From Cirrosporium novae-zelandiae (lineage: Eukaryota), in assembly GCA_026023565.1 (NCBI GenBank), contig JAPETS010000007.1, forward strand, positions 186,001 through 250,000: a stretch of 64,000 nt of DNA, read 5' to 3'. The position numbers were made by a program, and so were the translations under genes. Below, piece by piece: positions 1-12,714 of this stretch. Under the pieces are notes generated by a model. The model saw nothing but the letters and a program-made list of their open reading frames with translations, had not been told where the DNA came from and did no database searches. Position 1 is the first letter of the stretch. Every line of letters starts with the position of its first letter.

Positions 1-2
1 TC

Positions 3-296
3 GTTACTATTTTATATTCTCGCTCTATACCTGCGACCTGGCTATGGTGGTGTTTACAGGCAGCCAGCGCATTTTTAATGACTTCTCTTGGTATTTGGAG
101 CTGTCGCTACCGTGAACTGCAGCCCATTAGCTTCGGCGGAAAAGCTAATAATACAAGCGCACCTTCTCGGGCGGAACAGGGGGGCGAGGGCGAGGGCGAA
201 GGGGAAACCTATGGAAGAGGATACGGGGGAGGAAGAGATGGAGCTGGTGAGTATGAAATGATAGGTACAGGACAAGCTGCAGGATCAGCTGTTTAG
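3..296 (+). CDS. SYS1: 3' part of Golgi integral membrane protein Sys1 (gene starts upstream of window)
   Basis: Frame open from base 3: VTILYSRSIPATWLWWCLQAASAFLMTSLGIWSCRYRELQPISFGG..., matching the remembered Sys1 last TM helix plus RELxPI motif; stop TAG at 294-296. Confidence 0.85.
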   Translation, partial: VTILYSRSIPATWLWWCLQAASAFLMTSLGIWSCRYRELQPISFGGKANNTSAPSRAEQGGEGEGEGETYGRGYGGGRDGAGEYEMIGTGQAAGSAV

Positions 297-760
297 GTTT
301 TGGGTGAAATGGACAGTGCAGCTTTTGGATGGTATCCTACGGCGCTCAGGTGTGTTTAGATACCCCGGGTTGGGATTTTCATCAGAGTATGGGGCTGCCG
401 AGTCTTGCTTGCAGCATCTATTAGGTCAGGAGAAGTAGGTAAGCTGCTGTGTTTGGGCTACCTACTCAACCTTTAAATTTGGTAGCCAGGAATTACTTAA
501 TGGTTGTTTTAAAGGGACTATGAGGATAGTGAATTGAAGTATTAGCGGATTAATGTAATAAGTATTATGAGTATCTGTTCAGGTCTCATTCGTGAATCTC
601 CAGCTGGAGGTTTAAAAATTAACTATGTAGGGGTATCAAATCATTCAGCAGTATTTTTCATTTATTTTCTCACTGCATCATGGTCTGAGTCAAAGCATCA
701 TCGACATATCCAAAGGTGCATAAACGCTTCTTGAAAGCAAAGTCATCAAATAAGGGATTC

Positions 761-1395
761 TTATTCACAGAAGATGCTTTCGATCTCCCTCCCTGCAAGG
801 AACCATGGAGTAGTGGGATCCACGAAATTCACGTCGCCGAACCCTGGCATGATCCAAAGCCTTTCGGTTCGTCCGATCCCAAAGCGACGTCGGTTTGACA
901 TGCTTTGCTCTTCTTGGGAAAACTTGGGCCGGAGATAGCAGATAATATACTGAGTTTCTTCGTAGGGGCGGAATTCCTCAGATGGGGTTGAGCGAATGTG
1001 AGCGGTGTGGATGCGCGCAGTGTGTGGATGAGGTGGAAAAGTGGGTAAGAGATCTGGTGGGGTAAATCAGATACCCACATATCAATACTAGGGTTAAACT
1101 AAAGCATACCTGTCATAACTATTTCATGCAGCGGAAGAGTTATAAATGTGTGTAAATTCCCCCCGTTGGAATCTGTGCTTTCGAAGGATAACCCAACTTG
1201 AATCTCGGGCCTGGGAACATCGGCTTCGAGCTGCTGGCTAACGGAAACAGTCGATCCTTGCTGATGAATGCCGGAGCTCGAGAAGGAGGGTATTATATTA
1301 CTTTCATGTTGAGTAAATAGGCGAGGAATAGAAAGAGAGTGTGTTGGCAGAAAATAGTACGACAAAAAAAGAGTGACTATAGTGTAGAGATACAT
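761..1395 (-). CDS. Small putative secreted protein (192 aa), unknown function
   Basis: Exon 1395-1110 begins with a hydrophobic signal-peptide-like stretch (MYLYTIVTLFLSYYFLPTHS); intron 1109-1054 GTATGC..CTGAT..CAG; splicing opens a second exon 1053-761 (DLLPTFPPHPHTARIH...WFLAGREIESIFCE*) missed by the ORF track; total 579 nt. Confidence 0.65.
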
Positions 1396-1917
1396 GATGG
1401 TGATTGAGAGAGAGGGGAAATCTCCAAAAGAAAAACTGGCAATGAGCGTATGATGGCCATTTGCTCAAGGATATAGATTGCTTTAATGTATGACAAAATA
1501 AAGTTTCTCCTGAACAGAAAGCAGGGAACAAGGTATATGGGGACAGGACTTGCAGTCGATGTGCTTTAAAGTAAGGAGGAACCAAAACAATGCGGAGTGG
1601 GTTGAGATGGTGCCATAATTTTCGAGTTGATAAATGGGCCAGGCCGTCGAAGGCTTTGATGGGCTTCAATGGGCTTTGTTTGGGGGGGCTGAAAGAGGGT
1701 TGTAGAGTTTATACCATCGATATGTCATCCAATCTGGTCGAGCTGACGGCCTTGTCAACAATAAGCTTCATCTTGAGCTTAAATAGCAATTGGCTAGATC
1801 GGGCTACTTTTGGCGAGCTCACTAGAACTAATTACATACCAGATCGTGCCTGATCCTCCATTTCATATTACTATTAGTGTCATTATTGGTATTACAATCT
1901 GACAGTCTAACACTCCC

Positions 1918-3261
1918 ATGGCCTCCACTGCCGAACCCCAAGAACCCTCCTCGACCTACATCAACTACGACACCATACTCGATCCCTCCTTCTCCTCCCC
2001 CGTCTTTGCCAATTCTCTAGTCCTCACAACCAACAACCCCACCGACACTCCGCTCGACCTCTCTACCCCACTCTCCCGCGTGCTCTTCGATGTCCAAGAA
2101 GTTGACCAGAATATTCACTCCCTGACCTCTAAATCTGCCATTCCACTTCTCTCCCATGCAAAGTCTCAAGATGAAGCAAGCCAGAGGATTATTAACGAGA
2201 TCGAGGCTCAGCTAGATATTGTTGCTCAAAGCTATAAGAGACTCGAGCAGGAAGTCGTCACGCGATATGAGACGACTGCTGAGGTACAATTGGTAGCATC
2301 TCGACTTTGGGAAACTGCCCGAATTGGACGGGTGGTATCGAGGTGTCTACTTCTGAGCCGCCAGCTTGAGATTCAAATGCAGGAACTTGGAGCTATGGGT
2401 ACAAAAAAAGAAGATCATCGAGCGCTAGTTCGCGCTTCACACACAATTCTTGGGCTGCGCCAACTTTTTACCTCTCGTGATGATCAAGGAAGAGAATCGG
2501 GACTTGAGAAAATAAATATTGTGAGAACGTTGAGGAATGAAGTTATTGTGCCTTCGGAGGAGAAGGTACGATTACGGTCCCAGCAAATTGTTAGGGAATT
2601 CTCAGTATCTCCGTTGGCCTCCTCACAGTCAACCCCTTCAACATTTGCACAAACCGAGGATGCAAGAGCAAGGACGACCTCAGCTATCATGGCTTTATAT
2701 CTGCTATCTCCTTATCCAAATAGGACCGAGGGTAAAGAGCAGCCAATTTTCACGCCTACTCTCCTCCTGTCATCCCTGCAAGCCTATCTCCAAACAAGCC
2801 TAACTTCTTCCCTGGCTTCCCTATCTCGTGCGCTCTCTAACCTCCCCACTCTTGACCGCACTCTTCTCGAGATATCCTCTCGCTGTCAGAATATCGCGGC
2901 CTTAGAATCCCTCTTATCTACCCTATCTTCACCTCATCACCCGTTCCTCTCACAAAAACAGTCCACTTCATCAAACCTTCTCGCTCCCCTGCTTCTCCAT
3001 CTAGACACTCCCTCACTTCCATCCTTCTTTTGGCGCTCGCTGGCTTCAGCGCTTCCGCCTAAAGTAAACGACATTATGAATCGAGGCGGAGCGAGCTCGA
3101 GAACACTGAGAGCAAATAGAGAGGGTGTTAGAGACGCGATTCGGGCTTGCGTGTTCAGAGGAAGTGAAAGGGTTGGAGGACAAAATGGGAGGATAGGGAA
3201 TTGGGAGAGGGAGGCTGCGGTAATGGTTGGGGCTGTAATAGGAAACCTGGGACGTCAGTAG
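1918..3261 (+). CDS. COG5: Conserved oligomeric Golgi complex subunit 5
   Basis: Intronless 447-aa ORF with N-terminal YINYDTILDPSFSSPVFANSLVLTTNNPTDTPLDLSTPLSRVLFDVQEVD typical of fungal Cog5. Confidence 0.88.
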   Translation: MASTAEPQEPSSTYINYDTILDPSFSSPVFANSLVLTTNNPTDTPLDLSTPLSRVLFDVQEVDQNIHSLTSKSAIPLLSHAKSQDEASQRIINEIEAQLDIVAQSYKRLEQEVVTRYETTAEVQLVASRLWETARIGRVVSRCLLLSRQLEIQMQELGAMGTKKEDHRALVRASHTILGLRQLFTSRDDQGRESGLEKINIVRTLRNEVIVPSEEKVRLRSQQIVREFSVSPLASSQSTPSTFAQTEDARARTTSAIMALYLLSPYPNRTEGKEQPIFTPTLLLSSLQAYLQTSLTSSLASLSRALSNLPTLDRTLLEISSRCQNIAALESLLSTLSSPHHPFLSQKQSTSSNLLAPLLLHLDTPSLPSFFWRSLASALPPKVNDIMNRGGASSRTLRANREGVRDAIRACVFRGSERVGGQNGRIGNWEREAAVMVGAVIGNLGRQ

Positions 3262-3790
3262 TGAGTAAGCAAGACTTCGAGCTAGATGGATAGATATGCA
3301 AGATATAGATGGGCTGATTTGGCGATAGAGGCTTACAGATGTTTTAGAGTAATCTCGGACTTGTTCCTGCTCCAGAGTTCTATATATTGTAATGTCCTAA
3401 TTTCAGGTTCCGTTTTCAACAACAACGATGACATCATAGCGAAAGCCCCTGAGAGGAAAGCAAGCATCATGTCTTTCCTACTTGTCTACCTAAAAAACTT
3501 CAAAGGTCTTCTCCGCTCGCTCGTCCACCTTCAAGAGAAGTAAAAAAAAATTTGGCATGATGTTCTTACCCCCTTTCAATTCCAACTTCAATTTCAGGAT
3601 TCCCCTAGTATTTCTTCTACTCTTGGTGGTTCAAACGGATTAACCTATCTAATTACATGTTTTCTTGTATATGCCGGTACAGGTACTTGTAGAGAGATGG
3701 ATATTCCGTAATTGCGCTCATCCATCCCTTCGAGGGCATATGCCTCCTTTGCTAGGATCTAAGTCGCCTCTATCCCCACACCAAGGTTGG

Positions 3791-3844
3791 TCTTCTTCTT
3801 CTTCTTCTTCTTCTTCTTCTTCTTCTTCTTCTTCTTCTTCTTCT
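3791..3844. repeat. (TCT)18 microsatellite
   Basis: Perfect trinucleotide run read directly. Confidence 0.98.
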
Positions 3845-4890
3845 CTAATCCTTGTCTCCTTATTTATAAACGACTCCTCAAATATGTCCCCTTTATATTT
3901 GTGTACGTGTCTACCGAATTCTACTCCATCTGCCCAGTTTAAGGTCAAAGTCTTTTCCACCGTTATATCCTATCCTTTCTCGCAACAAGAGCAAATCGTT
4001 AGCGAACTAGTTCTCTGAATGTGGCTTTGGGGTACATAAGAGCTAAGAGGATAAGTATACCATATACCACATACCAGATCTCTCCTCTCCTCTCTTTTCT
4101 TAACGAAGGCCATACCCATACTCAGCTGAGATCCTAAAAGTTCTAAACCCCTCACACACGTTCTTGCTGTTTGTTATTATTGATATTATAGTAGATATAT
4201 AGCTAGATGACAAGGCTTTCACTCTCTGGTAAACTGAGTCCTAATATTATCCTTGGAGAATTTTTTCAGGAGATTCTGGGAATTGATTGATGGGATCAAG
4301 TATGAACTGCGTCATGGAAGGTAGAAGGTACGGGCTTCGTTATTCAATTGGGAAATTTTCTTTTTTTAGGGTCGTAGGTGAATGTATGTATACATGTCAG
4401 ATGACTTTGAGTATTACAAGATGCAACAAGACAGATTGTTCCTACTTTCTAAAACAAGCCTAAGAGCCATCATATATAGTAGCAACTAGGAGCTTCGCCG
4501 CCTTCTGTTAGTGTTCTAAACTTCCCTCCTCGATATCCTTTACGTTTATAACTTTGGTAAGCAAAGCCGGCCTCCAACAAGCAGTATAATAAATATTTTC
4601 CTTTTTAAAGTCTACAACAAAAAGCAACAAGAAATTATTCGCAATTTGGTTTCATTCAGTACTACCTAAGGAGACAAAAGGGCCTGCTTGATTTTTGGCT
4701 GCCTGTGTACATGAAATTTTCAACGGGGTTGAAGATTTCAAAGTACCATTGCAACAACAATAGCAACCGTAAGAAAATAAACCAAAACCAAAGCTCTCTC
4801 TCTCTCACTCATGCACACGCTAACCACTTGAAAGACAGAGTATGTTATGCAACAGACCTGTCATTTAGCGTCAGAAGGAGGAATAATGGC

Positions 4891-7800
4891 CTAGATGAAC
4901 CACATATCAGTCAAGATGTTTCCCTTATTGTCCATGGGAAGGAGGGGTAGGTCCTCGGTTGGCATCTTCTTATCCTCAGATTTGGGTTTTGGCTTGGCAA
5001 CGAAGCCAGGTCCGGAGGTTGGTCCTGAGGAAGCTGGAGTGTTTACGTGGGCTCCGGAGCGAATGGAGGCCAGATGGGCATAGTAAACAGCAGGAACTAT
5101 AGTAATTATTAGTTATAATCATCCTGGTAATTGGGATAGACTTACATAGGGAGACAGGTGTGGTTGAGCGAATGTATTGATAACAATGCTCGTAGATCAT
5201 ATTCTCGAGGAAGTTATTGGACATTTTAGTTTCATCGAGAATGACGTGATAATGTACGGGGCGGGCAGTTCCTTGAATAGCGGAATGGGAGTTAAGGTAA
5301 AAGTCGTATTCGTTCGGGCAGGTAACAGAGTGCTGGACAAGAGTTCCAGGCACGGGGTTCCCGTTTTTGTCTCCATCGCTTCGGCTCTTGGGAAAGAAGC
5401 GGATGTGATGGCGCTTTGAACAGATGATAACCACAAACTTTGGCTGGTTATGGGGATCCCTCTTCCTTAGCAGGTTCTTGATCGACCGGACCTCCTCGTT
5501 GAGTACCTGGGAGAACTGGCCCTCAGAAACGCCATCTCGGAAGTAATAGACGAACTGGGGGTTTCTGCCTCCATTGACATTCATCAACCATTCTTGCACC
5601 AATGGCTCCAGACAATATTCGATATTGGCGGGTGCGATCATTTCAACACGTTGACCATTGGTCTGGCATCGAGCAGCATATCGAACAAAGGCTGGGTCCA
5701 TTGACACAGTCATAGCTGCCGTGGAAGCTTGACTGCTTCCTGGGGAAGCGTGGGAAACATCCGCTCCAATTATCATAGTACTACCTGGGAAGCACTTGTA
5801 TGTGTTTTTGGCTTTTGCGGTATTAGTGAAGCCGCGAAGCTTGGCATTGACCTTCATCAACACGTTCGATATGTACTGGAGGCTACCTTTCCTGACGTTG
5901 GCACTTTGCATACACTGACTCACAACGCCGTAGCGGCAGTCGCATGACTTTTTAATCCGTTGGTAATGAAACCCATCTCGGTTAACGAGTATGAAGACTA
6001 AGAGTTTGGGTCTAAGGTTGAATTTATTGCCAGTTTCAAACCATAAATGCTCAACGGCTTTGGCGGCATCAACAGGCAGAGTGGCGATATGTGGTTTGCG
6101 ATTGACGACTCTACCCCCATGGTTCGTATATTGCTGGATGAACTTCTCAATGAATTGCTGGATAAGTTCTTTAGGCATGCATGGTTTGTTGCCCTCAGCG
6201 CAAATGCCAACGCCCCAGGAGTCTAATGGGACTCTATTAGGAGTGTGGAATTTCGTGTTCACAAGAGTCCAACGGCCGGAAACCCGAGGGTCCAATTCCT
6301 TCTTCGCGCCGAAGTAGAGGATAGGGTTTGGAAGTATGCGAGCCTTGGTTGTAAGCATTTTGTCCTCGATCTTAAGGCCGTAGGACTTTAGAAGCTCGTC
6401 CTCTCCCCACTTCAATAGCGAAACACTGTGCGCAATTTCCTGGGCACGGCGATCAGGCCTCGTAACGGCGAACTTGATCATTTCAGATGTTTGCTTTTCA
6501 TTAAGCTTGTACGGGTACCTCTGGTTAGGTAACACTGTCAGGAACTCCATTGGAAACATAACACCCTTTTTGGTCATTTCCACAAGAGGAAGATCAGGAT
6601 ACTGTAACTGTAGGTTATATTTTTCTCGAAAGTATTCGTAAATAGTAACAGACTTTTTGATGTTTGTCACGGGATTATGCCAATCAAACCGACACTGCCT
6701 TGCTGTCAACTTGGAGAAGGATTTGATGACGAACACACTATCGCCTATAATGAATCAGCGTTTGTGCTCAATATCTGAATTAGAAAAATGAACCAACTTA
6801 CGAGCACTCTCAGCCTGGCCACGATACTTACAGCTGACGCTGATCTTTTTCATGCGCCTTAAGGAAGTCCAGATAGCGGCCTCTTGGTTCGGGTCCTGGT
6901 GTGGTGGGTACAGCTTCACAGACAAAATACGAGGATCATTAACATCGCAATTGTTGATAGCCAAAGATGTCAGAGGGCCCTCCTCCCACATAGCCGTGTT
7001 TGAAACGTCAACATTGACCACAAGCTGTCCGCCCTGAGCACCACGAAGAGACTGGTAGATCCCCTTGAATGCTTCGATACCGGCACCAAGGCCCCTCTTT
7101 TCTAGGCCACGCGAGTAAAAGGACCGTTTAATGGCTGTCAAGCGAGCTGATGGGCCAACTCTGAGGAGATGATCAAAGAATGAGATTGACTCAATGACAG
7201 AACTGTCCATGTTGATGGGTCCGCTCCCGTTCAGGTACTGGTTCAAAGAATGCAAGTTCACAGTCTTGGTAGCCTTAATTTGCACAGTAAATTTGTTACG
7301 CTCTGCATCATCTGGATGATCGGGTCGAGGATCACGACGTCGGCCTTGCTCCTCATCTAGATCGACAGTCAAGCGAACTTCATTCCTATCAAACTTTTTC
7401 ACGGACCTATAGCGATCGTTAGATAAAGAGAAACGAGGGAAAATTCTGACGAGGAAAAAGACATACCAAGCCAATCTATTGCCGTCGAAGATCCAGCTTG
7501 GGTGATTAAGGACCTTCTTCATCTGCTTAGAACCCCAAACTTTTTGGATCACGACACGCTTCTCGACGCCGCTTCCAATCAAGACCTTAGGCGAGAAATT
7601 AGTTTCATTCGAACAAGTACTAAAGACTTCCGAAACTAAAGGGATAATAGCATGGTAATACCACTCCTCAATGCCATAAAAAGATAGAAAGTAGCCACCC
7701 AAGCAAGTGAGTAACACACTAGGATTCAATTTGATAGGATTAGATAGTTCAAGTACACTGAAAACAGGTTTTTGTAGCTTGAAAAAGCGCAAAGGAATCA

Positions 7801-8842
7801 AGAACAATTCAGAAAGAGCATAACAATACTACGAAAAACGTGCAATACAACAAATTACTTCGCAAAGCAACACATGGAGCCATGCTGGCACAATCTGAAA
7901 GGGATGGTACTTACATCATATTGATAAATAGTTTGAGTTGGATAAGATGCGACACCATAGGAGTTGATATTCATAGCAACCTCTTTTCCAGTGGTGTTAG
8001 GGATCCGCGGACGGGATGGGTAATCGTTCGGAGTCAACTGTGGGAAGGGATCACCATCATTAATACTAGTATTCAGGTGACGAAAAACCTGAGGTGGCGG
8101 AGGGCCAGCCATCTTGAGCGAATAAAGTAACGTGAAGGAAAGATGAAAGAACTAGATTAGTGATAATGGATGTGTATTGGATCGGGGTTAGGAATGAGGA
8201 TGGAAGGGATCGATAGCAGGGGAAGTAGGTTCATTAAATAAACATGGGGGAAAGAATTTGGGTGTAGCGAGTAGTGAATGCTCTCTTGACATGTATAAAA
8301 CTTTGCCAATACATGAATACCTAAATCACGAGAAGCATTGCATGATACATGTTTGACCAAGGAAACTGGCATGCATGAAGCATTTGGAGTGAAGTAATGT
8401 GGGATGACACAAGCTCTAGCCAAACATCGGCCAAGGTTGCATGTCATAAGAATAAACATGAACCAGTGATTTCTCAAGTGCAGTGAATAGAGAATGAAGG
8501 GATTCTCTATTCACTCTACTTCGGTAGATATGGGAGGAGATAATCAAGAAAATGTGACAAAAAATAATGTTCTCGGTTATTGTGTTATTGCGTATATTTA
8601 ATAGACATCAAACTTACGTCAATAAAAGCAAGTCCACCAAGATCAAGATTCCTGAACGCAGCAAAGCGTGTTACTGGGTCGCGGGCAGGATCGCCATACA
8701 AGAGAGAACCCATGGGAAGAGGCTGAGTACGCCCAGCGGGAGAATTTCTAGTATCGGGCGGACCAGTGCCGTCGTACAGGGCTACACGATGGCGAGTCTC
8801 ATTCTCGAGATCCTTTTCATTAGGATTTTTCCCAGGAGCCAT
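4891..8842 (-). CDS. Argonaute (N-L1-PAZ-MID-PIWI), SMS-2/PpdB-like clade, DEDH tetrad present
   Basis: Exons 8842-8618, 8037-7915, 7585-7467, 7406-6802, 6744-5146, 5096-4891. PIWI motifs GADVSH, RVE, YFRDGVSEGQF, KRHHIRFFP, QGTARPVHY, PAVYYAHLAS and C-terminal MWFI*. His in the last tetrad position fits the SMS-2 clade rather than QDE-2. 5'UTR intron about 8853-9126. First-intron acceptor is inferred. Confidence 0.93.
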
Positions 8843-9196
8843 GTTTTCAACTCTAGATGTCTAAAGTTAGTTGTTGAATTTGTGTAACGGCGAGACGAGG
8901 TAAATGAAGAGTTTATAGTCATGGGAATGCACCTATGAGATAAATACTCAAGATACCAAGTCGAAACGTTAAGGTTATAGGAAAGTTCAGGTAAGAGTCT
9001 CACCAAGCCAAAGTCAAACTAAGGCTCGATATGAAGGTAAATGGATGATATGCATGATTTGAGTCTATGACTCATAAGTACAAGATGAGTTGAGGAGATT
9101 GCGACAACGTGCAAAAGGTTACTTACGTGATGAGAAAAACCAGACTCAAAGAAGAGACAACTAAGGGCTTTGTTTAACCTTGGATGAACCGAACGG

Positions 9197-9219
9197 TTGT
9201 TGTTGTTGTTGTTGTTGTT
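9197..9219. repeat. (GTT)n microsatellite in the Argonaute 5' leader
   Basis: GTT run read directly, next to a long purine tract (CT-rich leader on the minus strand). Confidence 0.9.
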
Positions 9220-10702
9220 AAGTCTAATAGGTTGGATGAGTTGTAAGGAAGAAAAAGGAAGAAGAGAAGAAGAAGGGAGAAGGGAAGAAGAAGGAGAAGA
9301 AGAGGAAGGAAGGAGCAATGATTTAAATAAGAGAGGGAAGAAGCAAGAATAATAGTGTGGGTTAGTCCCAAAGTCGAGCGAGGGTTGAGACGACGTCGTC
9401 CTCAGAATGATGGTGTATTGGGTATATAGAGTTGGGGATAGTTGCTTGGGAAGGGCTTCAAATAATATCAAATTATGATTGAAATCAGTCATTTGAATGA
9501 TACTCGGGTTTAGCTCTTCAGGATTCTAAGACGCCTTCAGGTAGAATATATTACCATTTTTGGTTTCAGCCTTGGCCTTGTACTAGGCGGAAATTGACAT
9601 ATTATCAGAGACCAGACATATGGCATGGCAGTTATCTATTTGGGAAAGTGATGACAAAAACTGTGAAAGAGGAGCAAGTGCTCCTAGGTTAGTAATGTCC
9701 TCGCTCCCGAGTGGCAAGCTTTTAGAAACTGACGGTCTTGCAGATATCAACCCCGAGACAAGAAAAGAAAAGGAAGGACCTCTATCTAGGGCAAGTCATC
9801 AGCTACCGTCTTTCGACTGCAGATACTACCGAAGCTTCTTCATATTACCTATACATAGGAAAACACCACTTAGCTTTGTCGCGGTTTACCCTACAAGTTT
9901 CTACTTTCACTTTGGTGGAAGAACAATATAAAAAATGTGTATAGCTCAGGGGAAATAAAAAACAAAGAGAAATGGTTTGCCGGCCTGTGTTTTAGGATTG
10001 TCTCATAAACAAATATATGAATTCGAGAGTGGATCGGGAATGGATCAGACGGAGATACTGATCTAAGAGGTATTGTTGCTGTTAATTTAGAAAAGGACGA
10101 CGTTAAATCAAAGTTTGTTAATTCTCCAAGGATATTAGACGACAAATTCTCCCAGCAACTATAGTCCTCAAGCCTTATTCTAGTTTTCAATGGTTTAGAT
10201 AAGTGATCCTTTTTACTAACTCACCAAGATTCGCGTAGCTGATTGCCCTAGACTATCAAAATGTGACTTTGAGAAGATCAAGCGGAGAATTCTCCGATGA
10301 CATGGATATCAAACGTGCCAGTAGTTCTGTTTGTAGGCATAGAATAGTCCAACAAACCATTGCAGTTTGGATGGTTCCGAAATGGAGGAGTAGGGAAATA
10401 GACATACAGGTCATGTAGATTGCCCATTAATAAGGATATCTATATCGGTTGCTTGAGGTTGTTACATAAAGTTGAACTGTCTATAACCGTTGCGAGTGAA
10501 ACAGTGCTGTAGCGTTTGCCTTATTAGGGGTTTATGTACTTTATACAATAATTGCATAAATAGTTGTATGCCTCAGGTATCCAACCTTCTGTCCAGCATC
10601 TAATCTAGCCCAAGCTTTATACGGATGAAGCTGTGACAGCACCCTCATCCATTGTATCTCAGTCCATCCCAGAGTCGAATATAAAATTCTGAGACTTTAA
10701 TT

Positions 10703-11369
10703 ATGTCAGTCAGAATCATATTTGCAGCTGCATTTCTTGTCTTCCTCCTACTTACCCTTATCTTCACACTCTCCTCGACCCAGATTCCTCTATTGAATGA
10801 CAAGGTCGCCCATTTCGGAGCCTTCTTTGTACTCACTGTAAGCTGCTGATATACCCACAACGCTACTTCTATCCTAACTATGCTTGTAGATATGCTGCTA
10901 TTGGGCCTTTGAGTCCTCCCGGAGACGTGCCCTCAACTTTACTCTCATCGGTTGCACCGCAATCCTAGGTGTAGGCTCTGAAGTTCTCCAAGGCCTGCTT
11001 CCAAATGGACGAACCTTTGACATTTTCGACATCGTGAGCAATCTAGCAGGGTCCCTATCTGCTTTGGTTCTTTCTAGTTGGTACCATAAGCGCATGCTAG
11101 AACGCAGACGGCGGGCAAGACACTATCATGCAGTTCCGGCGGAAGAGTCAGGAGAAATCGATGTAGAACTAGGAGAAGGCAGGCAGGAAACAGGGATAAT
11201 ACCTGCGCCAACAGATGATTCATGCGAGGGGAATGTGGATGGTTGGGATGACAATGCTCTGGAAAGCTGGAATAACGAGGGAGCCGGAAGTGGTGAAAGT
11301 GACGTGGGGGACAGGACGTCTGAAGATATCGGTAACTCTAGGGAGCAGAAGCACAATCCAACCAGCTGA
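10703..11369 (+). CDS. VanZ-like family membrane protein
   Basis: Exons 10703-10837 and 10890-11369 (intron GTAAGC..CCTAAC..TAG). Product MSVRIIFAAAFL...NDKVAHFGAFFVLT|ICCYW...GSEVLQGLLPNGRTFDIFDIVSNLAGS carries DKxxH, ExxQ and RxFDxxDxxxN VanZ motifs. Confidence 0.85.
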
Positions 11370-12714
11370 TCTCCTGGATTTAGTAGTTTTTACACATCTA
11401 AAAATGTTACTAGGATGCTACCTGTAATACGATAGTTTTCTATTACTACTTCTTGTCTCATATATCCATCCGACATTGTGTATTTATTGAGACTATGAAA
11501 TTAAGCATGAACACTTCTTGTTGTACTCATGATTTTTTGTTAAATGGGGTATTTCAATATATGTATAATAATTTATATCATCAAAGGTCCATCTCAATGG
11601 GGATACTTATAGTAATCACATGTCGTAATCGGTCCCATCTCTCGAAATTCGGCATAATAGCTGTAGACATCACGATACCAACTTCGCAAGCAATTTTTGG
11701 TATATAAACAAGATCACAATACTTGTGCCTGCACGTTAATTTCAAAGGAAGATGAATACTGCACAGCGGCTAAATATTATGAACTAAATGGGATACCAAA
11801 TATTGACTATTAATCCCATCACCTTATTCTCTCTGTCCACAATGATGATTCAAGACCACCCTGAAGAATGTGGAGAGAAATGATCCTTCAGCTCGTGGAT
11901 CACACCTCACTCAGGTACAGCCAACCATAAAGTGTGGTTAGAAAACAGTGTACAGAACATAAAATTAGCGCCTCCTCACCAGGAATGGCGATGTAACTGC
12001 AGGATATTCTAAACAGAATCAAATCCAACTAGAAATAACACGGATTCTGCTCCGGTCTTCGATAACTGGACAGATATCGTTATCATCAAAGCCCTCCCAG
12101 ACGATGTAGTCTAGGTTATGTATTGAAATAACATCCTTGCTATGTCCATTCTATATGATCGTTTACCTAAGGTGGTGTAACGATGCAACCCTCTGAGGGT
12201 ATGGTCCAGACAGTAATCACTAATTTTTGAGTTCCACACAACTGGTTTTCATAACAGCCTAGACACACCCAGGTCTCATAGCAAATGGAAGTGATATAGT
12301 GGCGTAACCACTGCGAGGAACCTGGGGTGCAACGTTATTAAGAGTCGGCCCAGCCAAGGCTTAATAGAGGCTGAATTAGTTATTTTAGATGTCGAAAGTA
12401 ACCCAGTTTTTCACTTTTCTGCTTCATCATTTCGCTTCGTAGACTAATTCGAAAGTCTCAGTTTATTGCGATCGGCGATAACATTCTGGGGTTGCCCCTA
12501 ACTGTCTATGGTCAGAAGAAGAATATCAACAAAGATAGCATTGCATGTTCTGAAGGCAATATCCGAAACCGGAGTTTAACAAATTGAAACAACGCCAATA
12601 CCGGTGATGTAAACAATGAAATGCCAAAGGTATCATTCATACCAACATTATGCTCACTATCTTGCCTCAAACTTGTAGACTGGACGTGCCATCCTCTTCT
12701 ACTTCATAATCGAC

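Noticed and set aside
11842..11864. ATGATGA...CTGA box C/D-like pair
   Set aside because: Only a short rRNA match, no terminal D box or stem found.
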